Assembly (NCBI GenBank): GCA_021792255.1
Contig: JAJYUZ010000001.1
Span: 224,001 to 288,000, forward strand
Length of the DNA: 64,000 nt
Direction of reading: 5' to 3'
From: Thermoplasmata archaeon
Lineage (GTDB): Archaea > Thermoplasmatota > Thermoplasmata > Thermoplasmatales > GCA-001856825
The notes under the pieces were generated by a model that saw nothing but the letters and a program-made list of their open reading frames with translations, had not been told where the DNA came from and did not search any database. Position numbers and translations under genes: made by a program. Each line of letters opens with the position of its first letter. Position 1 is the first letter of the stretch. Shown here one piece after another: positions 10,263 to 20,080 of this stretch.

Positions 10263-11933
10263 TTGACAACAGATAAGACATCAGGAAATGTCACCAAAGC
10301 GGCAGTCGAAGAAACTGCGGTCAAATCTGACAAGAAACTTAAACGTGCCTTGTCAACCTGGGACCTATTGTTCCTAAGTCTTGGAGGAATAATTGGTTCT
10401 GGCTGGCTATTTGCCGCTTCTGGTGCAGCTGTTTTAGCGGGTCCAGGTGCAATTTTTGCTTGGATCATAGGAGGACTGATTGTTCTCGTGGTTGCGATCG
10501 TTTATGCAGAGTTAGGGGGAATGATCCCTAGGTCCGGAGCAATAGTAAGGTACGGACAGTATTCACATGGTTCTTTTGCAGGGTATCTTTTTGGATGGGC
10601 ATATTTCCTTTCGGCCGTGTCGGTTCCTGCCATAGAAGCCGAAGCCGTCATAACTTATGCTGGAACTTACATAAAGGGGCTGGTAGCTCCGAATGCAGTC
10701 CTGTCTGGACTAGGCATTCTACTTGCTGCCCTCCTAATGATATTCTTCTTCTTCCTGAACTACTTGGGAGTTAAAGTGATGGGAAAGACGAATACAGGGA
10801 TGACATGGTGGAAACTTATAATCCCGGTCGGAACGGTTCTGCTCTTGCTCGTTGTGCATTTCAACATAGGGAATTTCGCACTACATAACGGATTGGTGCC
10901 GTACGGTTGGGCGAACGTGTTTTCAGCAATCTCACTTTCAGGAATAGTATTCTCGTACTTGGGATTCAGACAGGCACTTGACTACGGAGGAGAAGCAAAG
11001 ACACCACAAAGATCTATACCGTTAGCGACAGTGGGTTCAGTGCTGATAGGAATAGCACTCTACACGATGCTTCAGGTCGTTTTCATTGGACAGGTTAACT
11101 GGGCCTCAATGGGAATAGTTGCCGGATCTTGGAGTTCACTTTCGGGAGGGGTCGTAACTGCTCCATTTGCCACACTTGCGTCGTCTGCAGGACTTGTAGC
11201 TTTGACGTACCTCCTATTCGCAGATGCTTACGTTTCTCCATCCGGAACTCTTAACGTTTACCTTGGAACTTCACAGAGAACGCTGTACGGGCTCGGAACT
11301 CTTGGATTCTTCCCAAAAGGCATGATCAAAATCCACGAAAAACACAGAATACCAGTTCTACCACTGCTCATCTCACTCGTCATAGGGTTCGTTTTCTTCG
11401 CGCCATTCCCAAGCTGGTACAAGATGGTCGGTTTCATAAGTTCCTCAACAGTCTTCACGTACATTGTCGGCGGGAGTGCCCTAATGACATTCAGAAAACA
11501 TGCTGCAGACTTCAAGAGACCATTCAAGCTTGGAGGAGCTTCGATTCTGTCCCCAATAGCCTTTATCGGTGCTTCTGAAATTGTTTACTGGAGTGGATGG
11601 CCCCTGGTGGGTTACCTAGCTGTAGCAATTGGTATCGGGCTGGTCGTTTGGGCGGTTATGGTCTACGGATTCAAAGCACCAGGCAAGTTCTCCGCCAAAG
11701 ATCTGAAGGCAGGAGCGTGGGTACCAGTCTATATGATCGTACTTGTCATTCTCTCTTACATAGGCGGAACTACGTTTGGTGGGATAGGAATACTTTCATT
11801 CCCTCTTGACCTGATAGTAGTCGCAGTTGTGGGCCTCATATTCTACTTCTGGTCCCTTGCAAGTGGCTACAGAACCGAGGACATTGAAGAAATAGCGACC
11901 CTGGGCACGCAGTATGTTTCCCAGGAGGAATGA
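10263..11933 (+). CDS. APC family amino acid permease
   Basis: GGIIGSGWLF, YAELGGMIPRSG, FSYLGFRQ, GEAKTP; about 14 TM; GAGGTG SD before the TTG start. Confidence 0.9.
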   Translation: MTTDKTSGNVTKAAVEETAVKSDKKLKRALSTWDLLFLSLGGIIGSGWLFAASGAAVLAGPGAIFAWIIGGLIVLVVAIVYAELGGMIPRSGAIVRYGQYSHGSFAGYLFGWAYFLSAVSVPAIEAEAVITYAGTYIKGLVAPNAVLSGLGILLAALLMIFFFFLNYLGVKVMGKTNTGMTWWKLIIPVGTVLLLLVVHFNIGNFALHNGLVPYGWANVFSAISLSGIVFSYLGFRQALDYGGEAKTPQRSIPLATVGSVLIGIALYTMLQVVFIGQVNWASMGIVAGSWSSLSGGVVTAPFATLASSAGLVALTYLLFADAYVSPSGTLNVYLGTSQRTLYGLGTLGFFPKGMIKIHEKHRIPVLPLLISLVIGFVFFAPFPSWYKMVGFISSSTVFTYIVGGSALMTFRKHAADFKRPFKLGGASILSPIAFIGASEIVYWSGWPLVGYLAVAIGIGLVVWAVMVYGFKAPGKFSAKDLKAGAWVPVYMIVLVILSYIGGTTFGGIGILSFPLDLIVVAVVGLIFYFWSLASGYRTEDIEEIATLGTQYVSQEE

Positions 11934-11973
11934 GCCAACTAAGAGAGAGTTGAAGAAAACAATCAGCAACTCC

Positions 11974-11988
11974 TTTTTTCTTTTTTTT
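11974..11988 (+). terminator. oligo-T intrinsic terminator (archaeal type)
   Basis: TTTTTTCTTTTTTTT about 40 bp after the APC permease stop. Confidence 0.55.
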
Positions 11989-12115
11989 ACTATCTTTTCC
12001 CCTAATGAATGTTTTCAGTTGCTCTTGCAATAACCCTTTAAGCTGGCTTAATTTTTTACTTCAAGTGCATTGGCGTACGATAATTTAATTATTATATGTC
12101 GTAATCCATTGACAG

Positions 12116-14086
12116 ATGGAAGAAGCTGTTAGGAAACAGAAACTGTTTATCAGAAAAGTGGTTTCCCTATCTGCTGCGGGGGTCTTTTTGGACGGATATG
12201 ATCTCTTCATCATTTCTGTAGTTCTTATTTATGTTAAATCCCAGAACTGGATAGCGACCGGGGACTCAGGTGCTCTTCAGCAGGGGCTTCTGACGTCCAG
12301 TGCGCTGATAGGCATGTTTGTCGGAGCACTCTTCCTAGGAGGGTATGCCGACAGGGTCGGAAGAAGAACGCTTTATGTGATTGATCTGATATTCTTCGTC
12401 TTCTTTGGGTTCCTTACTGCACTTTCTTCAAACGTCACTGAGCTCATTATTTTCCGCTTTTTGCTCGGTATTGGGATAGGGGCAGACTACCCGATCTCCT
12501 CCACGTATGTTGCAGAATTCTCACCGAGGCAGCAGAGAGGCAAGCTCATAACGACAACCTTCATGTTTTGGGGAATAGGTTCGTTGATAGCTGCCGTTAT
12601 AGGATTCACCTTTGGGCGATTCGAATTTGTAAATCTTTTTGGAACACAAGTAGCCACTTGGAGAATTATGCTGGCATCTGGAGTAGTACCTGCCGTCGTC
12701 GTTCTCTTCCTGAGACATTCAATGCCTGAGTCACCGAGATGGTTACTGGCAAACAACAAAGTTGAAAAGGCAAAGAAGGTAATAGAAGAGATTAAAGCAA
12801 AATACTACCTGGACTACAGCAAGGATCTTTCCCAGGTAGAGCCAGAACGAAAAGGCAGGATATCGGAACTGTTGAACAGTGCCTACAGGAAAAGAACCCT
12901 GTTTTCTTGGGTCCCCTGGTTCTTCATGGATATCGGCGTATACGGAGTAGGTATCTCGATTCCACTGATCCTCGTTTCTATTGGTTTTAAGGGCAGCACC
13001 ATTCTGGATAAGGTTCATGCAATTCTAGGAACGATAATTATAGATGTATTCGTACTAGTGGGTTTCGTCGTTGCGGTTTTCATTATTGAAAGGATAGGCA
13101 GGCTTAGGCTGCAGGAGATCGGATTTCTAGGCATGGCGTTTGCCTCCCTCGCCTTCTCTATTTACTACGGGTACGGTATCTATCTGATGATGGCAATTCT
13201 CATACTGTTCGAATTCTTTGAAAACATGGGGCCCAACGTAACGACGTGGATCGTTCCGACTGAGATATTTCCTACACGTCTCAGGGCCACTGCACAGGGT
13301 ACTTCTTCTGCGTTCAGTCGACTAGGTGCCATCTTCGGTACCTTTACGTTCCCTCTATTCGTTCTCTATTACGGTTGGCACACCACTTTCCTCATCATAT
13401 TCTTCTTTATGATACTGGGCGCTCTGTCTACGTGGATACTCGGGATGGAGCCAAAGGGGTTATCACTGGAAGAGTCCTCCCTAGTGTTTCTGGAATTCTC
13501 AAAATATCTTGAGAGGCTGGGTGAAAAGGTCGAGAAAGCTTCGCAAGAACTCTTTGAAATGATAGTAAAGTACGATAACCTTCCGGCGAGGGCGGAATCG
13601 ATAAAATCCTTGGAGCACGAAGCCGACGAAATCGTTCACCAAATTTATGATAGAGTAAATCACATGCCAAAGCCTCTCGAATCCGTGGATGTGGGCAGCT
13701 TGGCAACCAAGTACGACGATATCCTCGACTTTATGGATGGTGTTTCGAAAAGATTGTCTCTCTTTAAGGTCAGAAAGACAGGGGAGATGGAGGACTTTGC
13801 AAAGGTCATACTGGCATCGGTTGCTGAGGTCACAACGGCTTTCAGGCTCTTCGGAAATTTTACCGAGAGCGATTCGTCTGAGATCAGGAGGGAAATCGTC
13901 AAGATAAATGAGCTCGAAAACAAAGCGGATGATATTCTCGAGAACTCTTACAGCACTCTGTTTGACTCCAAAGATCCTATAGAAGTCGTAAAGTTAAAGG
14001 AAATATATGAGCATATGGAAACGGTCACCGATAAATGCGAAGACGTGTCTGATATATTCAATGACCTGATCATAAAGTACACCTGA
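12116..14086 (+). CDS. MFS transporter (Pho84/PHT1-like) fused to C-terminal DUF47/PhoU-like domain
   Basis: MFS motif A GGYADRVGRR, GADYPISSTYVAE, PESPRWL, GPNVTTWIVPTEIFPTRLRA; C-terminal ~200 aa with LEHEADEI..DDILD and LENKADDI..E..TDKCEDV. Confidence 0.8.
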   Translation: MEEAVRKQKLFIRKVVSLSAAGVFLDGYDLFIISVVLIYVKSQNWIATGDSGALQQGLLTSSALIGMFVGALFLGGYADRVGRRTLYVIDLIFFVFFGFLTALSSNVTELIIFRFLLGIGIGADYPISSTYVAEFSPRQQRGKLITTTFMFWGIGSLIAAVIGFTFGRFEFVNLFGTQVATWRIMLASGVVPAVVVLFLRHSMPESPRWLLANNKVEKAKKVIEEIKAKYYLDYSKDLSQVEPERKGRISELLNSAYRKRTLFSWVPWFFMDIGVYGVGISIPLILVSIGFKGSTILDKVHAILGTIIIDVFVLVGFVVAVFIIERIGRLRLQEIGFLGMAFASLAFSIYYGYGIYLMMAILILFEFFENMGPNVTTWIVPTEIFPTRLRATAQGTSSAFSRLGAIFGTFTFPLFVLYYGWHTTFLIIFFFMILGALSTWILGMEPKGLSLEESSLVFLEFSKYLERLGEKVEKASQELFEMIVKYDNLPARAESIKSLEHEADEIVHQIYDRVNHMPKPLESVDVGSLATKYDDILDFMDGVSKRLSLFKVRKTGEMEDFAKVILASVAEVTTAFRLFGNFTESDSSEIRREIVKINELENKADDILENSYSTLFDSKDPIEVVKLKEIYEHMETVTDKCEDVSDIFNDLIIKYT

Positions 14087-14122
14087 TTGTCAAGTTTATC
14101 TATCAAGATTATATCCGTAAAC

Positions 14123-14350
14123 ATGGTAGAACTTAGGATCACAGTAACTCTCAAGAAGACGGTAGAAGATTCGGAGGGAGGTTCGGTCCTAAAAGCGCTC
14201 AAATTACTTGGGTATGACAACGTAAAAGACGTAAGAGCGGGAAAGGTCTACTTCATTACCTTGAGTAAAGGCAATAGACAAACCGGCAGAGAATTCTGTG
14301 AGAAATTGCTCGCAAATCCAGTGATCAATGAGTGTGTGGTTGATGAATGA
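14123..14350 (+). CDS. purS: phosphoribosylformylglycinamidine synthase subunit PurS
   Basis: VTLKKTVEDSEG, LGY, VRAGK, CEKLLANPVI. Confidence 0.93.
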   Translation: MVELRITVTLKKTVEDSEGGSVLKALKLLGYDNVKDVRAGKVYFITLSKGNRQTGREFCEKLLANPVINECVVDE

Positions 14351-16607
14351 GGAGAGGGCAAGGGAAGAGGTTCCTATTCTTGGTAAGTCTGTAGCAGAGC
14401 TCTCTAAAATTTCTAAACAAATGCACCTCGGCCTCTCGACTGATGAGATGTCAAGAATCGGGTCGTATTTTGAAAAAGAGGGGAGAGAGCCTACCGATGT
14501 TGAAATACAGGCCATAGCTCAGGCCTGGAGTGAGCACTGCAGTTACAAGAGCTCTAAGGTTCATCTAAAAAAGTACATTTTTGGAATTGGGAGGGAAAAG
14601 ATAGTGGCAGAGGGAGATGCTGGGTTGGTGTCCCTGGACGACGATACCGCTATTTCGTTCAAGATCGAAAGCCACAACCATCCCTCTGCAATTGAACCAT
14701 ATGGGGGGGCTGCAACAGGGGTAGGAGGGATTCTAAGAGACGTACTCAGCATGGGTGCGCAGCCGATAGCTGTGACCGATGTTTTATATTTTGGAACCAA
14801 GAGCGTCAAGGGCTTTCCGTCTCCTAAATTTATAGAAAGCGGAGTAATTTCTGGAATCAGGGACTACGGAAACCGGGTTGGAATCCCGACGGTCTCGGGA
14901 GGAATCGTCTATTCAGATTTCTTTTCACCCAATGTACTGGTGAATGTTGGATGCGTAGGAGTTGTTGATAAGCGAAAGATCATATCATCGGCCATATCTA
15001 AACCCGGCATCAAGCTAATAATTGCTGGAGGCAAGACGGGTAGAGATGGGATCCATGGTGTGAACATGGCTTCGGCCGTTATGGAAATTGGGGAAGAAGA
15101 TGTGACCACAGTTCAGTTAGGTAGTCCTATCACCAAGGAACCCCTCATTCACGCCGTGCTTGAGGCAAACGACAGGGGATTGATTTATGCACTAAAGGAC
15201 CTCGGAGGTGGAGGCCTCAGCAGCGTCGTTGGGGAGATGCTTCAATCAGGCGGTGTTGGAGGGAAAGTATTCCTGGAAAAGGTGCTCTTGAAAGAAAAGA
15301 GCATGAGACCATGGGAAATATGGATCTCGGAAAGTCAAGAGAGGATGCTTCTCGCAGTAAGAGAGGATCAGGTCAACTCCGTTCTGGAAATTATGGACAG
15401 CTGGGATGTGACATCTGCCGTAATTGGTGAAAGCGAGGCGGGAAAGAGGCTAAGGATCTTTTTCGAGGGAAAGAGCGTACTTGATCTCGATACAAATTTC
15501 ATGACTTCTCCAATGCTATACGAGAGACCGTCGTTGGTAAAGGAAAAACAAGTGATCCAGTGGCTTCCCAAGTACCCAACGGATTTTAGAAGAATTCTCA
15601 GGAATATGCTCTCCGATAAGAACGTCAGAACGAAGGAGTATGCAGTCAGGCAATACGATCACACTGTCAGGGGGAGTACCGTGATAGGACCGTTCACAGG
15701 AATAGTGGGAAGAGAAGGGCCATCTGATGCATCGGTAATTAGACCCAACTGGAGTAAAGAGACAGGGGTCGCAATCTCTCACGGATCTAATCCATTCTAC
15801 TCTTATATCGACCCCTATTTAGGCGGAAGGGCTGCAGTTGATGAAACGGTAAGAAACTTAATATCCGTAGGATCGGAACCTCTCGGATTTTCGGACTGCC
15901 TCAATTCAGGAAATCCAGAAAATCCAGAAATAATGGGAGAATTTATTGATATGGTCAGGGGACTTCACGATTCGGCCTATGCCCTAAATTTACCATTCGT
16001 CTCAGGGAATGTCTCCTTTTACAATGAGGCTGGTAGGAGACGGATTCCAACGTTCCCGACCATTCTCGGGGTGGGTAAAGTGGAGAATATAGAACGCTCA
16101 GTCACTCCCGATTTAAAGGGAATAGGGAATGCAGTTTATTTGGTCGGAGTCCCGACCACCGATATGGGAGGCTCGTTGTACTACAGACACCTAAAATTGG
16201 ACGGAGGAAGGGTACCATATTCTGATCCTGTGACACTTAAGAGAAGAGGCTGGAACCTGTTAAAAGCGATTCGGTCGTCTTGCATTAAATCGGTACACGA
16301 CGTTTCAGATGGGGGGATCGCGGTAGCGATTTCTGAAATGACCGTCGGGTCCGGAATAGGTGCTACTATAGATGTTGCTCCTCTTGGCCTCAGAAATGAT
16401 TTTGCGATATTTTCAGAGCCTCAATCAAGCTGGGTCGTAGAAGTTGGAGAGGATAGGGAAGAAGAATTTGTCAAGATTCTTGGGGATGACACGATATATA
16501 TTGGAAGGACACAGGATGCTAGATTTACCGTTGCCAGAGGAGAGGAGAGCGTGCTCGATGTAGATTTAGAATCTATTCTAAAGAACTGGAAGAAGGGTTA
16601 CAGATGA
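14343..16607 (+). CDS. purL: phosphoribosylformylglycinamidine synthase subunit PurL
   Basis: WSEHCSYKSS, ESHNHPSAIEP, GRDGIHG, DLGGGG, SESQERM, VSGNVSFYN, HDVSDGG. Confidence 0.97.
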   Translation: MNEERAREEVPILGKSVAELSKISKQMHLGLSTDEMSRIGSYFEKEGREPTDVEIQAIAQAWSEHCSYKSSKVHLKKYIFGIGREKIVAEGDAGLVSLDDDTAISFKIESHNHPSAIEPYGGAATGVGGILRDVLSMGAQPIAVTDVLYFGTKSVKGFPSPKFIESGVISGIRDYGNRVGIPTVSGGIVYSDFFSPNVLVNVGCVGVVDKRKIISSAISKPGIKLIIAGGKTGRDGIHGVNMASAVMEIGEEDVTTVQLGSPITKEPLIHAVLEANDRGLIYALKDLGGGGLSSVVGEMLQSGGVGGKVFLEKVLLKEKSMRPWEIWISESQERMLLAVREDQVNSVLEIMDSWDVTSAVIGESEAGKRLRIFFEGKSVLDLDTNFMTSPMLYERPSLVKEKQVIQWLPKYPTDFRRILRNMLSDKNVRTKEYAVRQYDHTVRGSTVIGPFTGIVGREGPSDASVIRPNWSKETGVAISHGSNPFYSYIDPYLGGRAAVDETVRNLISVGSEPLGFSDCLNSGNPENPEIMGEFIDMVRGLHDSAYALNLPFVSGNVSFYNEAGRRRIPTFPTILGVGKVENIERSVTPDLKGIGNAVYLVGVPTTDMGGSLYYRHLKLDGGRVPYSDPVTLKRRGWNLLKAIRSSCIKSVHDVSDGGIAVAISEMTVGSGIGATIDVAPLGLRNDFAIFSEPQSSWVVEVGEDREEEFVKILGDDTIYIGRTQDARFTVARGEESVLDVDLESILKNWKKGYR

Positions 16608-17395
16608 ACAGAGAGATCAATGTCGCAATATTAACAATGGAAGGCACCAACAACGAGGAGGAAGCATATCTCTCTTTCAGATTCTCTGGAACGTCCCCTG
16701 AAATAGTGCACTTGAAAAAGTTGGAAAATAGAGATAAGAAACTGAGCAACTACGACATTCTTTTTTTTCCAGGCGGGTTTTCTGCCGGGGACTATGTCAG
16801 GGCGGGAGCTGTGATGGCTGCGAGATTAAAATCTAGCCTGATGAAGGATCTGGAGGAATTCGTGGAGAGCGGAAAACCAGTAATGGGATCCTGCAACGGG
16901 TTTCAAGTCTTAGTAGAGTTGGGCCTGATCCCCAACGTAAATGGAGATTATGCCCTAGAAGCCGCTCTCGCACCGAACATTTCGAACAGATTTGAGGCGA
17001 GAACAGTTTATCTGAAAGTAGACAAGGGAAATTGTCTTTTTTTGAGGGAATTTGAAGATAACGAAATTATAAAACTGCCTATCGCTCACTCTGAGGGAAG
17101 GTTTGTTCCAAAGGACAAAGAGATTCTCGATAAGATAATAAAGAGCAGAATGAACGTTATTTCCTACGTAGACAGCAGAGGAAGGCAAGCTAAATACCCC
17201 TGGAATCCCAATGGGTCTGAGCGAAACATAGCAGGCGTCTGTAACAAACGGGGAAACGTTCTGGGAGTAATGCCACACCCAGAGAGGGTGTTTTACCGGT
17301 ACACGGAATCAGACTGGACGCGAGAAAACAGCAAAACTGGAATGGGAAACCCTTTCTTCAGAGGCGCAGTTCAATTTTTAAGAGAAAAATATTAA
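16604..17395 (+). CDS. purQ: phosphoribosylformylglycinamidine synthase subunit PurQ
   Basis: PGGFSAGDY, CNGFQ, IAHSEG, NPNGS, MPHPER. Confidence 0.96.
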   Translation: MNREINVAILTMEGTNNEEEAYLSFRFSGTSPEIVHLKKLENRDKKLSNYDILFFPGGFSAGDYVRAGAVMAARLKSSLMKDLEEFVESGKPVMGSCNGFQVLVELGLIPNVNGDYALEAALAPNISNRFEARTVYLKVDKGNCLFLREFEDNEIIKLPIAHSEGRFVPKDKEILDKIIKSRMNVISYVDSRGRQAKYPWNPNGSERNIAGVCNKRGNVLGVMPHPERVFYRYTESDWTRENSKTGMGNPFFRGAVQFLREKY

Positions 17396-17418
17396 TTGAT
17401 TTAGTCATACCGTTTCCA

Positions 17419-17970
17419 GTGAACCGACGCCTGTTTGTTGCAGTCATCGTTGTACTTTTAGCATGCGTTATCGTAGTCAATAGCCAAGCGTATGCACAGA
17501 CAACAGTCACTTATCCTACCATAAATTACCGCACGTACCAGGGTTATAACATAACAATAACGAACTCGATGTGGAATGATACAGTATATCCGGTGATATA
17601 CAGCGAGAACTTTTCCAACTACAACTGGAAAGATAGCCCATCCAAAAACTACATTCTTTTTGATTACGGGCTCACGGGATTAAATCCGTATGGAGCTGAA
17701 TTCATCGAGGCAATGGAATCCACCGGTAATCTGACCACACATAACGTGACTATCGCCTTCGAAAAAATAGCCCCATTGGATGCAACCGGCACAGGTTACA
17801 CTAATCAACAGAAATTGGATTCTGGTGCTTTGCCGGGATTTTCAAATTCTACACCGACCAGTTTCAATAATCCAAGCGTCAGGTCCCTGTATGGATATAT
17901 ATTTGCTGGAGGAGTCGTAGTTTCCATAGTAGCACTCTACTTCATATTCAACAGGAAGAAAGATGAATGA
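17419..17970 (+). CDS. hypothetical secreted, C-terminally anchored protein
   Basis: Signal peptide (AYA-Q), Asn/Thr-rich body with NxS/T sequons, C-terminal TM followed by NRKK. Confidence 0.7.
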   Translation: MNRRLFVAVIVVLLACVIVVNSQAYAQTTVTYPTINYRTYQGYNITITNSMWNDTVYPVIYSENFSNYNWKDSPSKNYILFDYGLTGLNPYGAEFIEAMESTGNLTTHNVTIAFEKIAPLDATGTGYTNQQKLDSGALPGFSNSTPTSFNNPSVRSLYGYIFAGGVVVSIVALYFIFNRKKDE

Positions 17971-19015
17971 GCTCTCTGGAAGAATCGTTCAAGAGCTTTT
18001 TAAGAAATATTACGAAGATTTAGACTCATTCGGAATCAAACAAATTGAAAAGAGGGAGCTTGCATTTTCCAGTTTCGGAAAGCAGGGAATGGTCAGACAC
18101 ACTTCATTTCCAAGCATGTCGAGCTTGATGGATTACGTCAGAATTAACACCCCTCTTCACTTCTACTACTCCAGTGCCTACTACGACAATCCAGAAGCTA
18201 CGATGGACAATAAGGGATGGAAAGGAGCGGATCTAGTCTTTGATATCGATGGTGACCACATTGAGGGTGCTGACAAAATGAGATATGCAGAAATGCTCTC
18301 CGTTGTCAAACAAGAACTTAAGAAACTTCTCGACCTTCTTACGGACGATCTAAGCGTTGGTAAACAGAACCTAGAAGTAGTATTTTCAGGAAGCAGAGGG
18401 TACCACGTCCATGTCTATTCGATTTTTGCTGCGCTGGAGTCACAAGAGAGAAGGGAGATAGTGGATTATATCTCTGGCAGGTGCATATCTTCGGAGTTTA
18501 GATCCACTACAAGGACCAAGTGGGACGAGAAGATTGAGTCTACAAGAGAAGGCTTATACCAGATTCTTGACTCGCCAGACAAGAAATGGAAACAAGAACT
18601 CGAAGAAGAGACGGGAGAATTAATAGGAGATTTTGGAAAGAGGGAGATAAGAAAGGGAGGTTATATCGATAGAAATGCGAAAAAGTTAGCCGTGAAGAGG
18701 TACGCATCAAAGATCGATGAGCCCGTCACAATAGACGTCCATAGGTTGATTCGTACTCCCGGAAGTCTTCACGGGAAATCTGGGTTAGTTGTAAAGATTC
18801 TGCCGTACGAACAGGTCGATAATTTCGATCCTCTAACAGATGCGATACCTCGAGTATTCAGGGACGAGATCGAAGTCAATATTACCAAGAAAGTCTCGTT
18901 GGATTTCTTGGGAGCCAAACAGGAAGTCCAAGAGGGAAGGACTGTCCTGCCCACCTATGCCGTACTGTATTCCGTTCTCAAAGGCGCGGCAGAGTTCGTC
19001 GAACCAACCAAATGA
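17963..19015 (+). CDS. priS: DNA primase small (catalytic) subunit
   Basis: REL, YYSSAYY..P, GADLVFDID, FSGSRGYHVH, IDEPVTIDVHRLIRTPGSLHGK. Confidence 0.96.
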   Translation: MNELSGRIVQELFKKYYEDLDSFGIKQIEKRELAFSSFGKQGMVRHTSFPSMSSLMDYVRINTPLHFYYSSAYYDNPEATMDNKGWKGADLVFDIDGDHIEGADKMRYAEMLSVVKQELKKLLDLLTDDLSVGKQNLEVVFSGSRGYHVHVYSIFAALESQERREIVDYISGRCISSEFRSTTRTKWDEKIESTREGLYQILDSPDKKWKQELEEETGELIGDFGKREIRKGGYIDRNAKKLAVKRYASKIDEPVTIDVHRLIRTPGSLHGKSGLVVKILPYEQVDNFDPLTDAIPRVFRDEIEVNITKKVSLDFLGAKQEVQEGRTVLPTYAVLYSVLKGAAEFVEPTK

Positions 19016-19049
19016 AATATTTAATTAGTTTGTGAACATATCCAGAGCA

Positions 19050-19283
19050 ATGGGAGCCATTAGGCCAACGCTGGTCAAAACGGTTGCAAGGCAAGTATAC
19101 GACGAGTACGAGCAATATTTGGGGAAGGACTTTACTCACAATAAAGAGATAGTTGACAAAGTCATACCAGACGCATCGAAGAAACTCAGGAACCTGGTGG
19201 CTGGCTACGTCACAACATACTGGAAAACAAAGAAGATACCAAGAAAGAGAAAGGAAGTTGAAACCGAAGATTTTTCTATTTAA
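19050..19283 (+). CDS. rps17e: 30S ribosomal protein S17e (eS17)
   Basis: MG.IRP..VK..A, DF..NK, SKKLRN.VAGYVT. Confidence 0.93.
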   Translation: MGAIRPTLVKTVARQVYDEYEQYLGKDFTHNKEIVDKVIPDASKKLRNLVAGYVTTYWKTKKIPRKRKEVETEDFSI

Positions 19284-20050
19284 ATTTCGGGTAATCCCAG
19301 TTTTTCCCTCAGAGTAAAGATCAGATGAACTGACTTATCATTTTTGATCACATCGTGCATCACGTACCTTTTCTTTTCAAGAGAAAGGATGGCGTTCCTC
19401 AGAGAGAATCTCCATTTCCTGGCCAAATCTATGTCATCGCTGCCAAGATTTGAGAGTAGTTCCAACGCGAGTGAGTCTCCTCCGACATCAATCCCCTTCC
19501 AGGGACTGGGATATTCTGTTATCCTTGCTACAACGTCATAGTTTTTGACTGGGACTTTCTTCCTGTCCAAAAACTTGTGCGCCTCAATTCTGTCTGATTC
19601 CACCCCCGCGTTCTCTTTAGACTCCATTACACCATAATAATTGAGTTTATAATCGAAAGCGTAGGCTCCAAGCTTATGGACGTTGAAAAAGGAATTCCTA
19701 GCTTTCATAGGATCAAATGTCCAGCGCACTTCTGAGTAACCCATTGACTTGGCCACTTCAAACTGGTGCATCTTTATTTCATATCCTACATTCTTGTCTC
19801 GGTACTCTTTGAGAACTCCTGCCATGTGCGAATAGAGGTATCTATAATTCCCGTCCGCCCCGGGGAAAGCAAGGCTAAAACCAATTACTTTTTCATCCTC
19901 TTTTGCGACCTCTACTAGTCCACCATTGTTGTTGATAGCCGTAAGCAGAGTTACGGGAGCAGGAGATTCTCCGACCATACCCCATATCACTCTTTGGATA
20001 CTTTCGACAGTCTTGTAATCTTCGACCGTAGTGGCCCTTCTGATCTCCAT
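19280..20050 (-). CDS. predicted GNAT superfamily acetyltransferase (COG3375-like)
   Basis: YSHMAGV..EYRDKNVG..IK..Q, WTFDP, N..FN..KLG, NYYG, SDR. Confidence 0.8.
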   Translation of the reverse strand: MEIRRATTVEDYKTVESIQRVIWGMVGESPAPVTLLTAINNNGGLVEVAKEDEKVIGFSLAFPGADGNYRYLYSHMAGVLKEYRDKNVGYEIKMHQFEVAKSMGYSEVRWTFDPMKARNSFFNVHKLGAYAFDYKLNYYGVMESKENAGVESDRIEAHKFLDRKKVPVKNYDVVARITEYPSPWKGIDVGGDSLALELLSNLGSDDIDLARKWRFSLRNAILSLEKKRYVMHDVIKNDKSVHLIFTLREKLGLPEI

Positions 20051-20080
20051 TTTGATGAGAATGCACCCTTACTTAAATTT

